A stretch of 25,153 bases of DNA, taken from Elainellaceae cyanobacterium (GTDB taxonomy: Bacteria; Cyanobacteriota; Cyanobacteriia; CAZCXK01). The stretch spans positions 37,848 to 63,000 of the forward strand of contig JBNPEG010000021.1 in the NCBI GenBank assembly GCA_051117555.1. Reading direction: 5' to 3'. The position numbers were made by a program, and so were the translations under genes. The notes beneath the pieces were generated by a model. The model worked only from the letters and a program-made list of their open reading frames with translations. It did not search any database and was not told the DNA's origin. Shown one piece after another: positions 1 through 8,262 of the stretch; position 1 is the first letter of the stretch; each line of letters begins with the position of its first letter.

Positions 1-32
1 GATTTCCAATTAAGATTTCCAATTAAGATTTC
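1..32. repeat. 13-bp tandem repeat GATTTCCAATTAA, ~2.5 copies (may continue left of the window)
   Basis: gatttccaattaa gatttccaattaa gatttc, just downstream of the AKR stop codon. Confidence 0.8.
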
Positions 33-50
33 TGTTAAGACGGCAGCAGA

Positions 51-1016
51 TTATGCTGCAAAGTCCCACATCACAGGGTTTTCGTCTAAGTAATTGGTGA
101 CGCTGCGCCCTATTTGATCAATAGTTGCACAGTCATCCTCTGACAAATTGACGTGAGCGGCACCCGCATTTTGAAGCGCTTGTTCTGGATTTCGCGCCCC
201 GGCGATCGCACTGGTCATAGGCTGACGAATTAGCCATGCCAAGGCCAGTTGAGCCAACGTACATTCATAGGTTTGGGCGATCGGGCGCAGCCGATCGAGC
301 GCAGCTTGAGCGCGCTGATAATGCTCACCTTTGAACAGCTTATTTTTTGCGCGAATGTCTCCCTCTTCAAACTGATGGTCGGGCCCAAACTTTCCCGTCA
401 ACAAGCCTTGAGCCAGCGATGAGTAGGCAATGATTGAGATATTATGTTCGATGCAATAGGGCATTGCGTCGTGTTCGACTTGCCGCCAAAACAGCGAATA
501 GGGAGGCTGAAGACTATCAATCTGTCCATACTGAGACGCTTCTGCAATCTGGTCTCGCGAGAAATTAGACACCCCGATCGCCCGAATTTTGCCCTGCTGC
601 TTTAGCTCATTGAGCGCCCGCATGGATTCTTCAATCGGAACACTATCGCTATTAAATGCGCCAGACGGCCAGTGAATTTGATACAGATCGATGTAATCAG
701 TCTGGAGGCGTTTTAGAGAACTGTCACAGGTGTCGAGTACCTGTTGATACTTGAGGTGATTTGGAAAAACTTTCGTCGCCAGAATAACCCGATCCCGTCG
801 ATCAGATAGGGCTTTTCCCACAAGTTCTTCTGAATATCCCTTGCCATACACTTCTGCCGTATCAAACGTGGTTACGCCTGCATCAAGGGCGGCTTGCAGT
901 GCATTAATAATGTCTTGATCGTCAATGCCCACCCAACCTGACTTACCCGCTTGCCATGTCCCGACAATGATGGGCGTAATGTCGACGTCTGATTGACCAA
1001 GTTTCCGGGTTTTCAT
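51..1016 (-). CDS. Aldo/keto reductase
   Basis: Motifs FDTAEVYG..SEE.VG, LATKV, SLKRLQTDYIDLYQIHWP, GKIRAIGVSNF, AYSSLAQGLLTGK. Start moved to ATG 1016 (MKTRKLG), which has a GGGAG RBS; the ORF track starts at 1076. Confidence 0.95.
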   Translation of the reverse strand: MKTRKLGQSDVDITPIIVGTWQAGKSGWVGIDDQDIINALQAALDAGVTTFDTAEVYGKGYSEELVGKALSDRRDRVILATKVFPNHLKYQQVLDTCDSSLKRLQTDYIDLYQIHWPSGAFNSDSVPIEESMRALNELKQQGKIRAIGVSNFSRDQIAEASQYGQIDSLQPPYSLFWRQVEHDAMPYCIEHNISIIAYSSLAQGLLTGKFGPDHQFEEGDIRAKNKLFKGEHYQRAQAALDRLRPIAQTYECTLAQLALAWLIRQPMTSAIAGARNPEQALQNAGAAHVNLSEDDCATIDQIGRSVTNYLDENPVMWDFAA

Positions 1017-1112
1017 GTCTACGCTCCCTAGCCGCCACCTACTAATGTAGGAGCATTCGCATGTTTTAGCATTCAACCCCGCAAAGACGCTGATGTTGAT
1101 CAGACAGGATTG

Positions 1113-1577
1113 CTAAGCGGCTGGGCGATCGCCTATCGCATCAAACCCATGCTGATCTACATAATCCACATAATCGTGGAGCGAATCAAACTCTAAATGG
1201 CGCAATACGGCATAGCCGTGCTTGCAGCACCCTTTGCCAAAGGTGATCTGCTGCCAATGATAATCTTCACAGGCACAGTCTAAGCTGTCAGGAAAACAAT
1301 CCACCACGTAACTCGAACCACTGCGCGGATTGCTAATTGTATAGCGCCCACGACGATACAACCACGGAGTGATGGTGAGATGCACCGAGGCTGCTTTGCG
1401 GCGTTCGACAAAATGCACCTTAAAGTCAGACTTGGAGATGAAGGTCGGACGAGTTCCCTTGACCCAAACCCAAATCGCATTGAAAAACTCCCGAACTTGT
1501 ACGGGCGTAGAGTCTGATAGGTCTAACATCCGACGCACTGCTGCAGCCGAATACAGAAGCTTGGAGCGAGTAGCCAT
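1113..1577 (-). CDS. SWIM-type zinc-finger protein
   Basis: SYVV...DCACEDY..Q.....CCKH fits the SWIM CxC-xn-CxH pattern; GAGG upstream of the ATG. Confidence 0.8.
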   Translation of the reverse strand: MATRSKLLYSAAAVRRMLDLSDSTPVQVREFFNAIWVWVKGTRPTFISKSDFKVHFVERRKAASVHLTITPWLYRRGRYTISNPRSGSSYVVDCFPDSLDCACEDYHWQQITFGKGCCKHGYAVLRHLEFDSLHDYVDYVDQHGFDAIGDRPAA

Positions 1578-1664
1578 GCGACGATGAACCTCTTAACGAG
1601 AGGCTAAAGAAACATCAAAGAGGCATGCTGATCAACAGCATCTCTACGAATGAACACTAATGAA

Positions 1665-1694
1665 CATCACAGATGCACATCACAGATGCCCATC
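1665..1694. repeat. 13-bp tandem repeat CATCACAGATGC(A/C), ~2.3 copies
   Basis: catcacagatgca catcacagatgcc catc, abutting the MITE-like element. Confidence 0.75.
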
Positions 1695-1816
1695 TACTGG
1701 TCTGACATCCTAAAATAGTGCAAATCCTTAAAAGGCTGAAGCTCTTGAAACCGGTGCGTTGCGCTGCGCTAACGGCACCCTACCTAATGCACTATTTTAG
1801 CTGTGCCATGCCACTA
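1695..1816. mobile_element. MITE-like element with imperfect terminal inverted repeats, TA at both ends, internal REP-like palindrome
   Basis: Left end TActggtctgacatcCTAAAATAGTGCA vs reverse complement of right end TAgtggcatggcacagCTAAAATAGTGCA (13-bp perfect core, 1710-1722 / 1788-1800); internal ggtgcgtt-gcgctgcgct-aacggcacc; partial second copy at 5645. Confidence 0.6.
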
Positions 1817-2033
1817 CACCCGTGAATCTAAAATCGACAATCTAAAATCGAGAGTTGGTATACCCCCCATCTATCTCTATTTTGCCGTGTAACACGGAAT
1901 TCATGGGGGTAATTTCTGTGCACCACGGCAAGTGATAAAAACCGGTTACGTGCCGGCACTTGCACAGAATTAGGCAGAAGATGATAAGCTGCGCAGTTAT
2001 AGATGCTTAAGATCGGTTGTACTATCAAAGCAC

Positions 2034-2312
2034 ATGAGACGATTTCGAGAGACTAACGAGCGAGTCAGCAAGCCATGGTCAGGGGTTAACCAGCCTCGAA
2101 CTGAAACCGGAAAATTTGAAAGCACGTATTCTGAGCGGCGGGGGCAGGCGATCGCACTGCGATTACCTCAAAGTCTCGATGCTGAGGTGAGAAAAGTCGT
2201 AGGCTGGCAATCCGCTGCTGACAATGCCGCGCTTAGAGCGTGGGTCGAAGCCGCCATCATTGAGAAGATCCAGCGGCATGAATCTAATCCGTTGTCTTCA
2301 TCTTCGTCCTAG
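2034..2312 (+). CDS. Small putative ribbon-helix-helix (CopG-like) DNA-binding protein
   Basis: Alternating strand IALRLP, then helix SLDAEVRK and helix LRAWVEAAIIEKI; in-frame HIP1 encoding AIA. Confidence 0.6.
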   Translation: MRRFRETNERVSKPWSGVNQPRTETGKFESTYSERRGQAIALRLPQSLDAEVRKVVGWQSAADNAALRAWVEAAIIEKIQRHESNPLSSSSS

Positions 2313-2536
2313 GCAATCGGCGCAAAATACGGAGGCTTTTTATAAAACCTTTAATAAAATCTGACAACTATTCCCGAGATATTCGGAGGACACGGCTTAG
2401 ACTTGAGCATTTCTTAATTGAAATTCGTCAAGAAATTATCATCTCTCCGTAAATTCCTCTCGTAATTAAGAGAATATGACGCTAGGATAAAATTTGGGAT
2501 TTATGACTCTAACCCAACTCTAATCATTTGCAACAC

Positions 2537-3646
2537 ATGGATTCTTCCGTCGCAAATCTTTCACAGGCGCGGGCAGCACACTACAACCGAGAGCAGGCAG
2601 CGTCAATGCTAGAGGCTGGGCGTATGTTTCGCAATCGTTATCAGATTGTTCGCCCCCTTGGGCGGGGCGGTTTTGGGGTAACCTATCTCGCAAAAGATAT
2701 TGGGCTTCCCCATTCACCCATTTGCGTTGTAAAGCAATTGTGCCCCAAGGTCAAAAATCCCGCAGTTTTACGGAAAGCGTCTGAACGATTTGAGCGAGAG
2801 GCAAAGATTCTAAGCCAGCTCGGCAGTCATTCTCAGATTCCTCGCCTGCTCGATTATTTTCAGGTTAGTGGCGAATTCTACCTGGTTCAGGAATATATCA
2901 AGGGACGAAATCTCGCGAAGGAAGTCCGGGTTGGTGGTGTCTTAAATGAAGCAGCCGTCAAGAAATTTTTAAGAGAAATTCTCCACGTTCTTGACTATGT
3001 TCATGATCATCAGGTCATTCATCGAGATATTAAGCCCCCCAATATTATTCGCTGCGAACATGATGGCCGATTAGTGCTGATTGACTTTGGAGCTGTCAAA
3101 GAAGAAATCACTCAAATGGGCGAGCTGTCGAATTCTAGAGCCGCATCAACTCAGTTTGTGGGAACGGTTGGGTTTGCTCCTCCAGAGCAGCTTGCTCTAC
3201 GCCCTACCTACGCAAGCGATATGTATTCGCTAGGCGTGACGTGTTTGTATCTACTGACAGGCAAGCCCCCTCTTGAATTTGCCTATGATCCAGTCACGGG
3301 CGAGATCCTATGGAGAGAATGTGCTCAGGTTAGCGCTCATTTTGGTCAAATTCTCGACAAAATGCTGAAAACGTCTCCCCGCGATCGCTACCAGTCCGTT
3401 GATCAAATTTTGCGCGCGCTCGATTTAGAACCTCATCTAGAAGATCTGGCAACCTGCATGAATACTCAACGTCCTACGGGAATGGATGGGGAAAATGAGT
3501 ATGAGCAGGAGGGCGATCGCTACGTTCCTCCATTTGCTCGGCTGGCTCAGTCAATTCGGGGGCGTCGTGCTCGCATTCAGACACGCTACCATCAGGGGCA
3601 GTCTGATGATGGGAAGCTATTAGTCAGCTCAGGTTACTTAGCCTAA
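2537..3646 (+). CDS. Hanks-type Ser/Thr protein kinase, soluble
   Basis: GRGGFG, VVKQL, HRDIKPPN, DFG, GFAPPE, SDMYSLG; no TM segment. ATG 2537 preferred over TTG 2528. Confidence 0.95.
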   Translation: MDSSVANLSQARAAHYNREQAASMLEAGRMFRNRYQIVRPLGRGGFGVTYLAKDIGLPHSPICVVKQLCPKVKNPAVLRKASERFEREAKILSQLGSHSQIPRLLDYFQVSGEFYLVQEYIKGRNLAKEVRVGGVLNEAAVKKFLREILHVLDYVHDHQVIHRDIKPPNIIRCEHDGRLVLIDFGAVKEEITQMGELSNSRAASTQFVGTVGFAPPEQLALRPTYASDMYSLGVTCLYLLTGKPPLEFAYDPVTGEILWRECAQVSAHFGQILDKMLKTSPRDRYQSVDQILRALDLEPHLEDLATCMNTQRPTGMDGENEYEQEGDRYVPPFARLAQSIRGRRARIQTRYHQGQSDDGKLLVSSGYLA

Positions 3647-3665
3647 GTAATAGCTTAAGCAGTGC

Positions 3666-4604
3666 CTATGTTTCCGTCGTGTCCTGACAATTAAGCCCCG
3701 TTGCAATCCAGTTTAAGAGTTCTGAGTTCACTCGTTCGTACTGCTCGTCGTAGGGGCAATGCCCGGCGTCGGGGAGTTCGACCAGTTTGATCCGAGGATT
3801 TAGGGACACTAACGATTGTGCCTGATCGATCGGAATGACTCGATCGTGCTGTCCCCAAAGCAACAAAACGGGTTGGTGAATGGTAGATAGCAACGTTTGA
3901 CGGCTAGGGCTGTAATCTAACCGAGTTGCTGCACGCGACAAACGGCATAATGTTTGCGCTGCGCCGCGATCGCAAGTGGGGCGAACGATGCTCGCAACGA
4001 GGTCATCAGTCACATAGCGACGATCCACATAAGCCAGATTGAGCGCTGAGCGAATGATTTTGGGGCGTCGAGCAATTTGAAAAATGAAGCGAATTAAAAT
4101 TGGCGACGCAAAAACGCGCTCAAACGCCGTCACGACAGGTTGAATCCAGCGAACAGGCAAGACCTCTTGTCGAGTGGCAGGCAGGGTGATGACAGCTAAG
4201 CCTCTAACCATGTCAGGATAGGTCGCAGTCGTGGTTGCCGCAACCAATGCCCCCAACGAATGCCCAACCAAGATCATAGGTCGTCCAATGAACGTTGCCC
4301 AAAAATCATGAATTTGCTCAGCCCAAAGCGATGCATTGTAATCAGCAGAGGCTTTTTCGGACATGCCAAAGCCTAATAAATCAAGGGCATAAACCGGATG
4401 ATAGTCGCTGAGCGGAGCGAGATTAGCGTGCCACTGGGTTAATGCAGACCCAAATCCATGAACAAACAAGATGGGAACCGCGTCTGACGATTCGACGCGA
4501 GCAGGGCGCATAAAGGTATAGCGAATTCGCCAACCTCGCCAAAACCAATCCCGCTGGGCACCTAACCGAGATTTCCAAGGTTGAAGAGGAAGCGATTGAA
4601 GCAT
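3666..4604 (-). CDS. Alpha/beta fold hydrolase
   Basis: HGFG oxyanion motif, DLLGFG, GHSLG nucleophile elbow, WGQHD, AGHCPYDE. Confidence 0.93.
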   Translation of the reverse strand: MLQSLPLQPWKSRLGAQRDWFWRGWRIRYTFMRPARVESSDAVPILFVHGFGSALTQWHANLAPLSDYHPVYALDLLGFGMSEKASADYNASLWAEQIHDFWATFIGRPMILVGHSLGALVAATTTATYPDMVRGLAVITLPATRQEVLPVRWIQPVVTAFERVFASPILIRFIFQIARRPKIIRSALNLAYVDRRYVTDDLVASIVRPTCDRGAAQTLCRLSRAATRLDYSPSRQTLLSTIHQPVLLLWGQHDRVIPIDQAQSLVSLNPRIKLVELPDAGHCPYDEQYERVNSELLNWIATGLNCQDTTET

Positions 4605-4708
4605 GACAAAAAATTCAAATTGTGTGAGGTCAAATCCATCTAATCTTGTGATAGTCTATGCCAACTTTTGAGCTAGATTCCTGCACTTCTCTATTTGCTC
4701 TGGTCACT

Positions 4709-5632
4709 ATGGCGAATCGTTGGTGGATTTATCAGCAACAGCAGTTTCCTCTGTTGAGGAATAGTTTGCTAGCGGGAGGATTGAGCCTTGCATCCGTGAG
4801 TCATTCTCTGCTGTTGCGTGCACGCGCATCGGGAGAATTGTCGATAGATCCTGTTCTTTGGCTTGGAACCATTCTGATCGCATTTATCGGGACGTTATTA
4901 TTCTTTCTTCAACTGCAAATTATCCAAGAATTTCAAGGAACCGATAAAAAAGGACGTCATACCCTTTCCCGCCCCGTTGCCGAGGGGCTCGTGAGCTTGA
5001 AGGAGTTGGGTATTTTAGGTATTTGTGCCGGAATTATTCAGTTAGGACTCAGCCTATCACTGAGTATTTCATTACTCCTTCCTCTGACGGTGTTATGGGG
5101 GTTTCTAGCGCTCAAACATTATCACTTTTTTGCCGAACTCTGGCTCGACGCCCATCCCTTCATTAAAACGATCGCCCATGCCGCGGCAGTTCCAGTCACT
5201 AGTTTTTATGCGACAGCCTGTGATTGGATATCGGTTCAGATATTGCCGCCTCCTGGGCTTATTTGGTTTCTGTTGATTGGCTTGCTAAGTTGGCTTGCGA
5301 TCGCCATTGCCCGCAGTCTTCATCCCAGCAGTGCCCAATCGAATGCGGCGATTCCACTTCGATGGAGCCCCCAGATCGCCATGCGCGCATGGCTAGGCAT
5401 TATTTGGCTGATGACACTGACCCTATTTCTCTCATCGATGTATGTCCGATTTGTCCTGATCATGATGCTGATCTTAGTTGCTCTGCTAGCGGGTTCAATC
5501 TATTTAGCATGGCGGTTTGTGATTCGACCTGCACCGCAATGGAGCATGCGCCTAGAGGCGATCGCCCAGTTATGGTTTGTGATGGCGTATCTAGGAGTAG
5601 GCCCGCTTGCCCTCCTTGCACAGATTACCTAA
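4709..5632 (+). CDS. Polytopic membrane protein, UbiA prenyltransferase-like, catalytic motif apparently degenerate
   Basis: About 8 hydrophobic helices; N-terminus RWWIYQ...FP; LLFFLQLQIIQEF...RPVAEGLVSLKEL resembles the UbiA RP..G region but lacks Asp. Alternative start 4658. Confidence 0.6.
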   Translation: MANRWWIYQQQQFPLLRNSLLAGGLSLASVSHSLLLRARASGELSIDPVLWLGTILIAFIGTLLFFLQLQIIQEFQGTDKKGRHTLSRPVAEGLVSLKELGILGICAGIIQLGLSLSLSISLLLPLTVLWGFLALKHYHFFAELWLDAHPFIKTIAHAAAVPVTSFYATACDWISVQILPPPGLIWFLLIGLLSWLAIAIARSLHPSSAQSNAAIPLRWSPQIAMRAWLGIIWLMTLTLFLSSMYVRFVLIMMLILVALLAGSIYLAWRFVIRPAPQWSMRLEAIAQLWFVMAYLGVGPLALLAQIT

Positions 5633-5644
5633 GCTGACATTGGC

Positions 5645-5716
5645 TGTAGTGGTGTGGCACAGCTAAAATGGTGCATTAGGTAGGGTGTCGTTAGCGGTGC
5701 GTTACGCTGCGCTAAC
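5645..5716. repeat. Partial inverted copy of the 1695-1816 element
   Basis: Reverse complement of 5645-5696 matches 1767-1818 at 48/52; 5695-5716 matches 1752-1773 directly at 21/22. Confidence 0.9.
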
Positions 5717-5877
5717 AAAGGCTGATAGCCGAGCCAAACATTCGAAGTTATTTTCCAACACGCCCTCAAGGAAATAGACTCACACCGCTGCGTTAAGGGG
5801 GACTAGCCCTTTTGTATAGGCATTGAAGTATGGGCATCGACGCTTTTTGGCATTGCTCATCGACGAATGATTTTCGG

Positions 5878-5904
5878 AGGGGCATGCATTGCCATGCCTG
5901 TACA
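5878..5904. repeat. REP-like palindrome
   Basis: aggGGCATG-cattgc-CATGCCtgtaca in an intergenic region. Confidence 0.45.
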
Positions 5905-6061
5905 ACGGGGGGTTGGTGGGCTAGTGGTTTCCCTATCATTCATCAATTTCGCAACGCCCGCTTTTTTCCTCATTAAATTTTAATTTTTAAATTGTCCTGA
6001 CGAGCGGCTGGTCAGAAAGTAAAGTCTATGTAAAGTCAGTGGTAGCCCCCAGGACTGTTTC

Positions 6062-6250
6062 ATGATAGTAATCAAACGAAAGTCAATCCGCTCACTTGAG
6101 CGCAAAAGTCAATTGTGTTTAATCATTCCATTAGGTGGTGGAGCCAAGGCTCAATATCCAATCAGTAATGAAGCAGAGGCGATCGCCCTCTATAAAGAAT
6201 ATCTTCGACTCAACCCTGATTTAGCGGAAGCCGAAGTAATCCATGGGTAA
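6062..6250 (+). CDS. Hypothetical 62-aa protein
   Basis: AGGA upstream of ATG, in-frame HIP1 (AIA), protein-like composition, no competing ORF. Confidence 0.55.
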   Translation: MIVIKRKSIRSLERKSQLCLIIPLGGGAKAQYPISNEAEAIALYKEYLRLNPDLAEAEVIHG

Positions 6251-6404
6251 GTCATAATTCAGCGAAACTCATCCGCAGAAAATTTTGTTGACTCCAGGTA
6301 TGCAGTCTTTTTGACAGGGTGTAGGTTCATTCTGAGTGCCTCCTGACGAAATCGCGCGTATCAGTGAGTTCCGCTATCTCGGTGAGCCACACTACAATGA
6401 ATTC

Positions 6405-6671
6405 ATGAAACACATCCTTATCAGTCTGATTCGATTGTATCGAGTGTTCATCTCCCCTCTGTTCCCGCCATCATGTCGGTTCCAGCCGACCTGTTCTCAA
6501 TACGCGCTGGATGCGATCGCCCGATTTGGACCTTGGATGGGAAGTGGGTTAGCCATTCGTCGAATCTTGCGCTGCCATCCGTTTAACCCAGGGGGCTATG
6601 ACCCCGTTCCGCCCGCAAACCTTGACCATTCTGCCTGCGAGTCTATTCAGGACCAAAATACTCAGGCGTAA
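6405..6671 (+). CDS. yidD: Membrane protein insertion efficiency factor YidD
   Basis: [29 protein letters not shown]...[22 protein letters not shown]; start set to ATG 6405. Confidence 0.95.
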   Translation: MKHILISLIRLYRVFISPLFPPSCRFQPTCSQYALDAIARFGPWMGSGLAIRRILRCHPFNPGGYDPVPPANLDHSACESIQDQNTQA

Positions 6672-8130
6672 AACTCCCGTGTAGTCCATACGGGACATGG
6701 TGCTTTAGGCGGAGTCGAGCTATGGGTCCCTTCTCTAAGTCCTGTCCGTCTAAGATGATGAGTTCTGATTTTTGACGCTTCGCATTGTAAACCAGTGAAA
6801 ATACCCACCCGTCATCCTCACCCATCGCTTCAGGACGAGGAACAAATACGGGCTCGCTGACATAGCCGTGGGGTGCTTCGCTCCAAAGTTGTTGAGCGTT
6901 TTCGTCATAATCTAATTTGAGAATTGCCTGCAAGGGAGCATTCCCAGTGGGATCATGAGCTGCACCGAGAAATACATAGCGATATGAGCATCCAGTGCGA
7001 TCGGGATGGATGGCAGGGAATTCACAGCAGCGAGAGATAATTTGTTGACGAAGAATGGTCTGGGTCTGTCGGTCGATCTCAAATCGCCAGAGTTGTCCGG
7101 GTGCAAGGTCGTCAAAATTAACCTGACGATAGTCCTGATTAGCATCAACAGCTGGAAGTTCTTCATAGCACACTGAATCTATGATGATGTTGCCATCAGA
7201 TTCAAAGGCATTGGCATGGTGGAAGACAAAGCCTGCTTGAGTGGGAATCATCTGCACAGGGTCTGAGCCATGTCGCGGGATTAAAATAACCTGCGTCGGC
7301 TGATTAGCCTGAACCTGAAGGCATTGAGCAGCCGATCGAAATCCAAACGCGTAAGGAAGAGGATTAAACACAATCGGGCTTTGGAAAAAGATGCAATAGT
7401 TGGGCGTAATGGCAAAATCGTGGATAAATGCAAATCCCGGAACACTATGAGCATGTTGACTAATCACATCGCCATTCGCATCTAGCTCATAAATGGTAAT
7501 GGTCGTCGACAACCCCGGTTTAATCGAGAAATTGACCATGCGAGGAGCCCAGCCATTCTCTTCGCGGGGCGGATCAATCCAGGGGTGGGCGGCAAATGCA
7601 GAACCCGGTTGTAAAACTCCGCCCAAATCATCGATGCCGACTGTTTCAAGCGTGTGGGGATCAAGGCGATACGGTTCCGCCGCTTCCCACAGCGCGAGTA
7701 GCTTTCCGCCCCAATAGATGACCTGCGTATTGGCAATATTCTTGAGGCGAAAGTCAAGTGCATTGGCAAGCCATCCTCCTGACTTCTGAGTTCCAAAGAC
7801 CCCCCGATATAGGATCTGGCCGGCTTGCTGTTCTGCAATAAATCCTTCGGTTCGCACGTAGCGGTTGCGGAAATGAGCCCGCCCATCTTTGATGGCGATC
7901 GCACAGACCATGCCATCCCCATCAAAGGGGTGCTGAAACTGCTGATTGTTGACATCAAGCTTTCCCGGACCGTTGCGAAATAGCGTGCCGTGCAGATCGC
8001 TGGGAATTTGCCCGTCAATATCATCAATCCAGTAGTCAAATTCATCGAGCAGCGATCGATATCCGCTTTGCCACTCATGCCGGTCATAGGGCTTGTCTGT
8101 TTGATTCGCTCCGAGCAGAGAACGTTGCAT
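6643..8130 (-). CDS. Carotenoid cleavage oxygenase (RPE65/ACO family)
   Basis: [17 protein letters not shown], and four Fe-ligand His in AAHP, FIHDF, FHHAN, GLHGSF; also EFP and SEPVFVP. Confidence 0.95.
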   Translation of the reverse strand: MQRSLLGANQTDKPYDRHEWQSGYRSLLDEFDYWIDDIDGQIPSDLHGTLFRNGPGKLDVNNQQFQHPFDGDGMVCAIAIKDGRAHFRNRYVRTEGFIAEQQAGQILYRGVFGTQKSGGWLANALDFRLKNIANTQVIYWGGKLLALWEAAEPYRLDPHTLETVGIDDLGGVLQPGSAFAAHPWIDPPREENGWAPRMVNFSIKPGLSTTITIYELDANGDVISQHAHSVPGFAFIHDFAITPNYCIFFQSPIVFNPLPYAFGFRSAAQCLQVQANQPTQVILIPRHGSDPVQMIPTQAGFVFHHANAFESDGNIIIDSVCYEELPAVDANQDYRQVNFDDLAPGQLWRFEIDRQTQTILRQQIISRCCEFPAIHPDRTGCSYRYVFLGAAHDPTGNAPLQAILKLDYDENAQQLWSEAPHGYVSEPVFVPRPEAMGEDDGWVFSLVYNAKRQKSELIILDGQDLEKGPIARLRLKHHVPYGLHGSFTPEYFGPE

Positions 8131-8262
8131 ACCAATCAGTCCATCCAGTAGGAGTACAACTAAACCGTATATTCAGAATCGTGTCAGACGCAGAAGGCTT
8201 CGACGAAGATCATCCAATTTTGGCCAGATGGAGTCTAGAACCGACATGGAAACCCCGGATAA

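Noticed and set aside
1..32. Possible CRISPR repeat remnant (TTTCCAATTAA)
   Set aside because: 13-bp units are directly adjacent with no spacers, and there are no cas genes in the window
1828..2028. 66-aa minus-strand ORF in the SWIM/RHH spacer
   Set aside because: Non-ATG start, no recognisable motif, occupies probable promoter DNA
1695..5716. Composite transposon carrying four genes
   Set aside because: No transposase, shared ends face inward, and the second copy lacks its distal end
7482..8135. 217-aa alternative-frame ORF (and similar ORFs at 5224, 8181, 10095, 20927)
   Set aside because: They overlap well-supported genes and have no motifs; shadow ORFs
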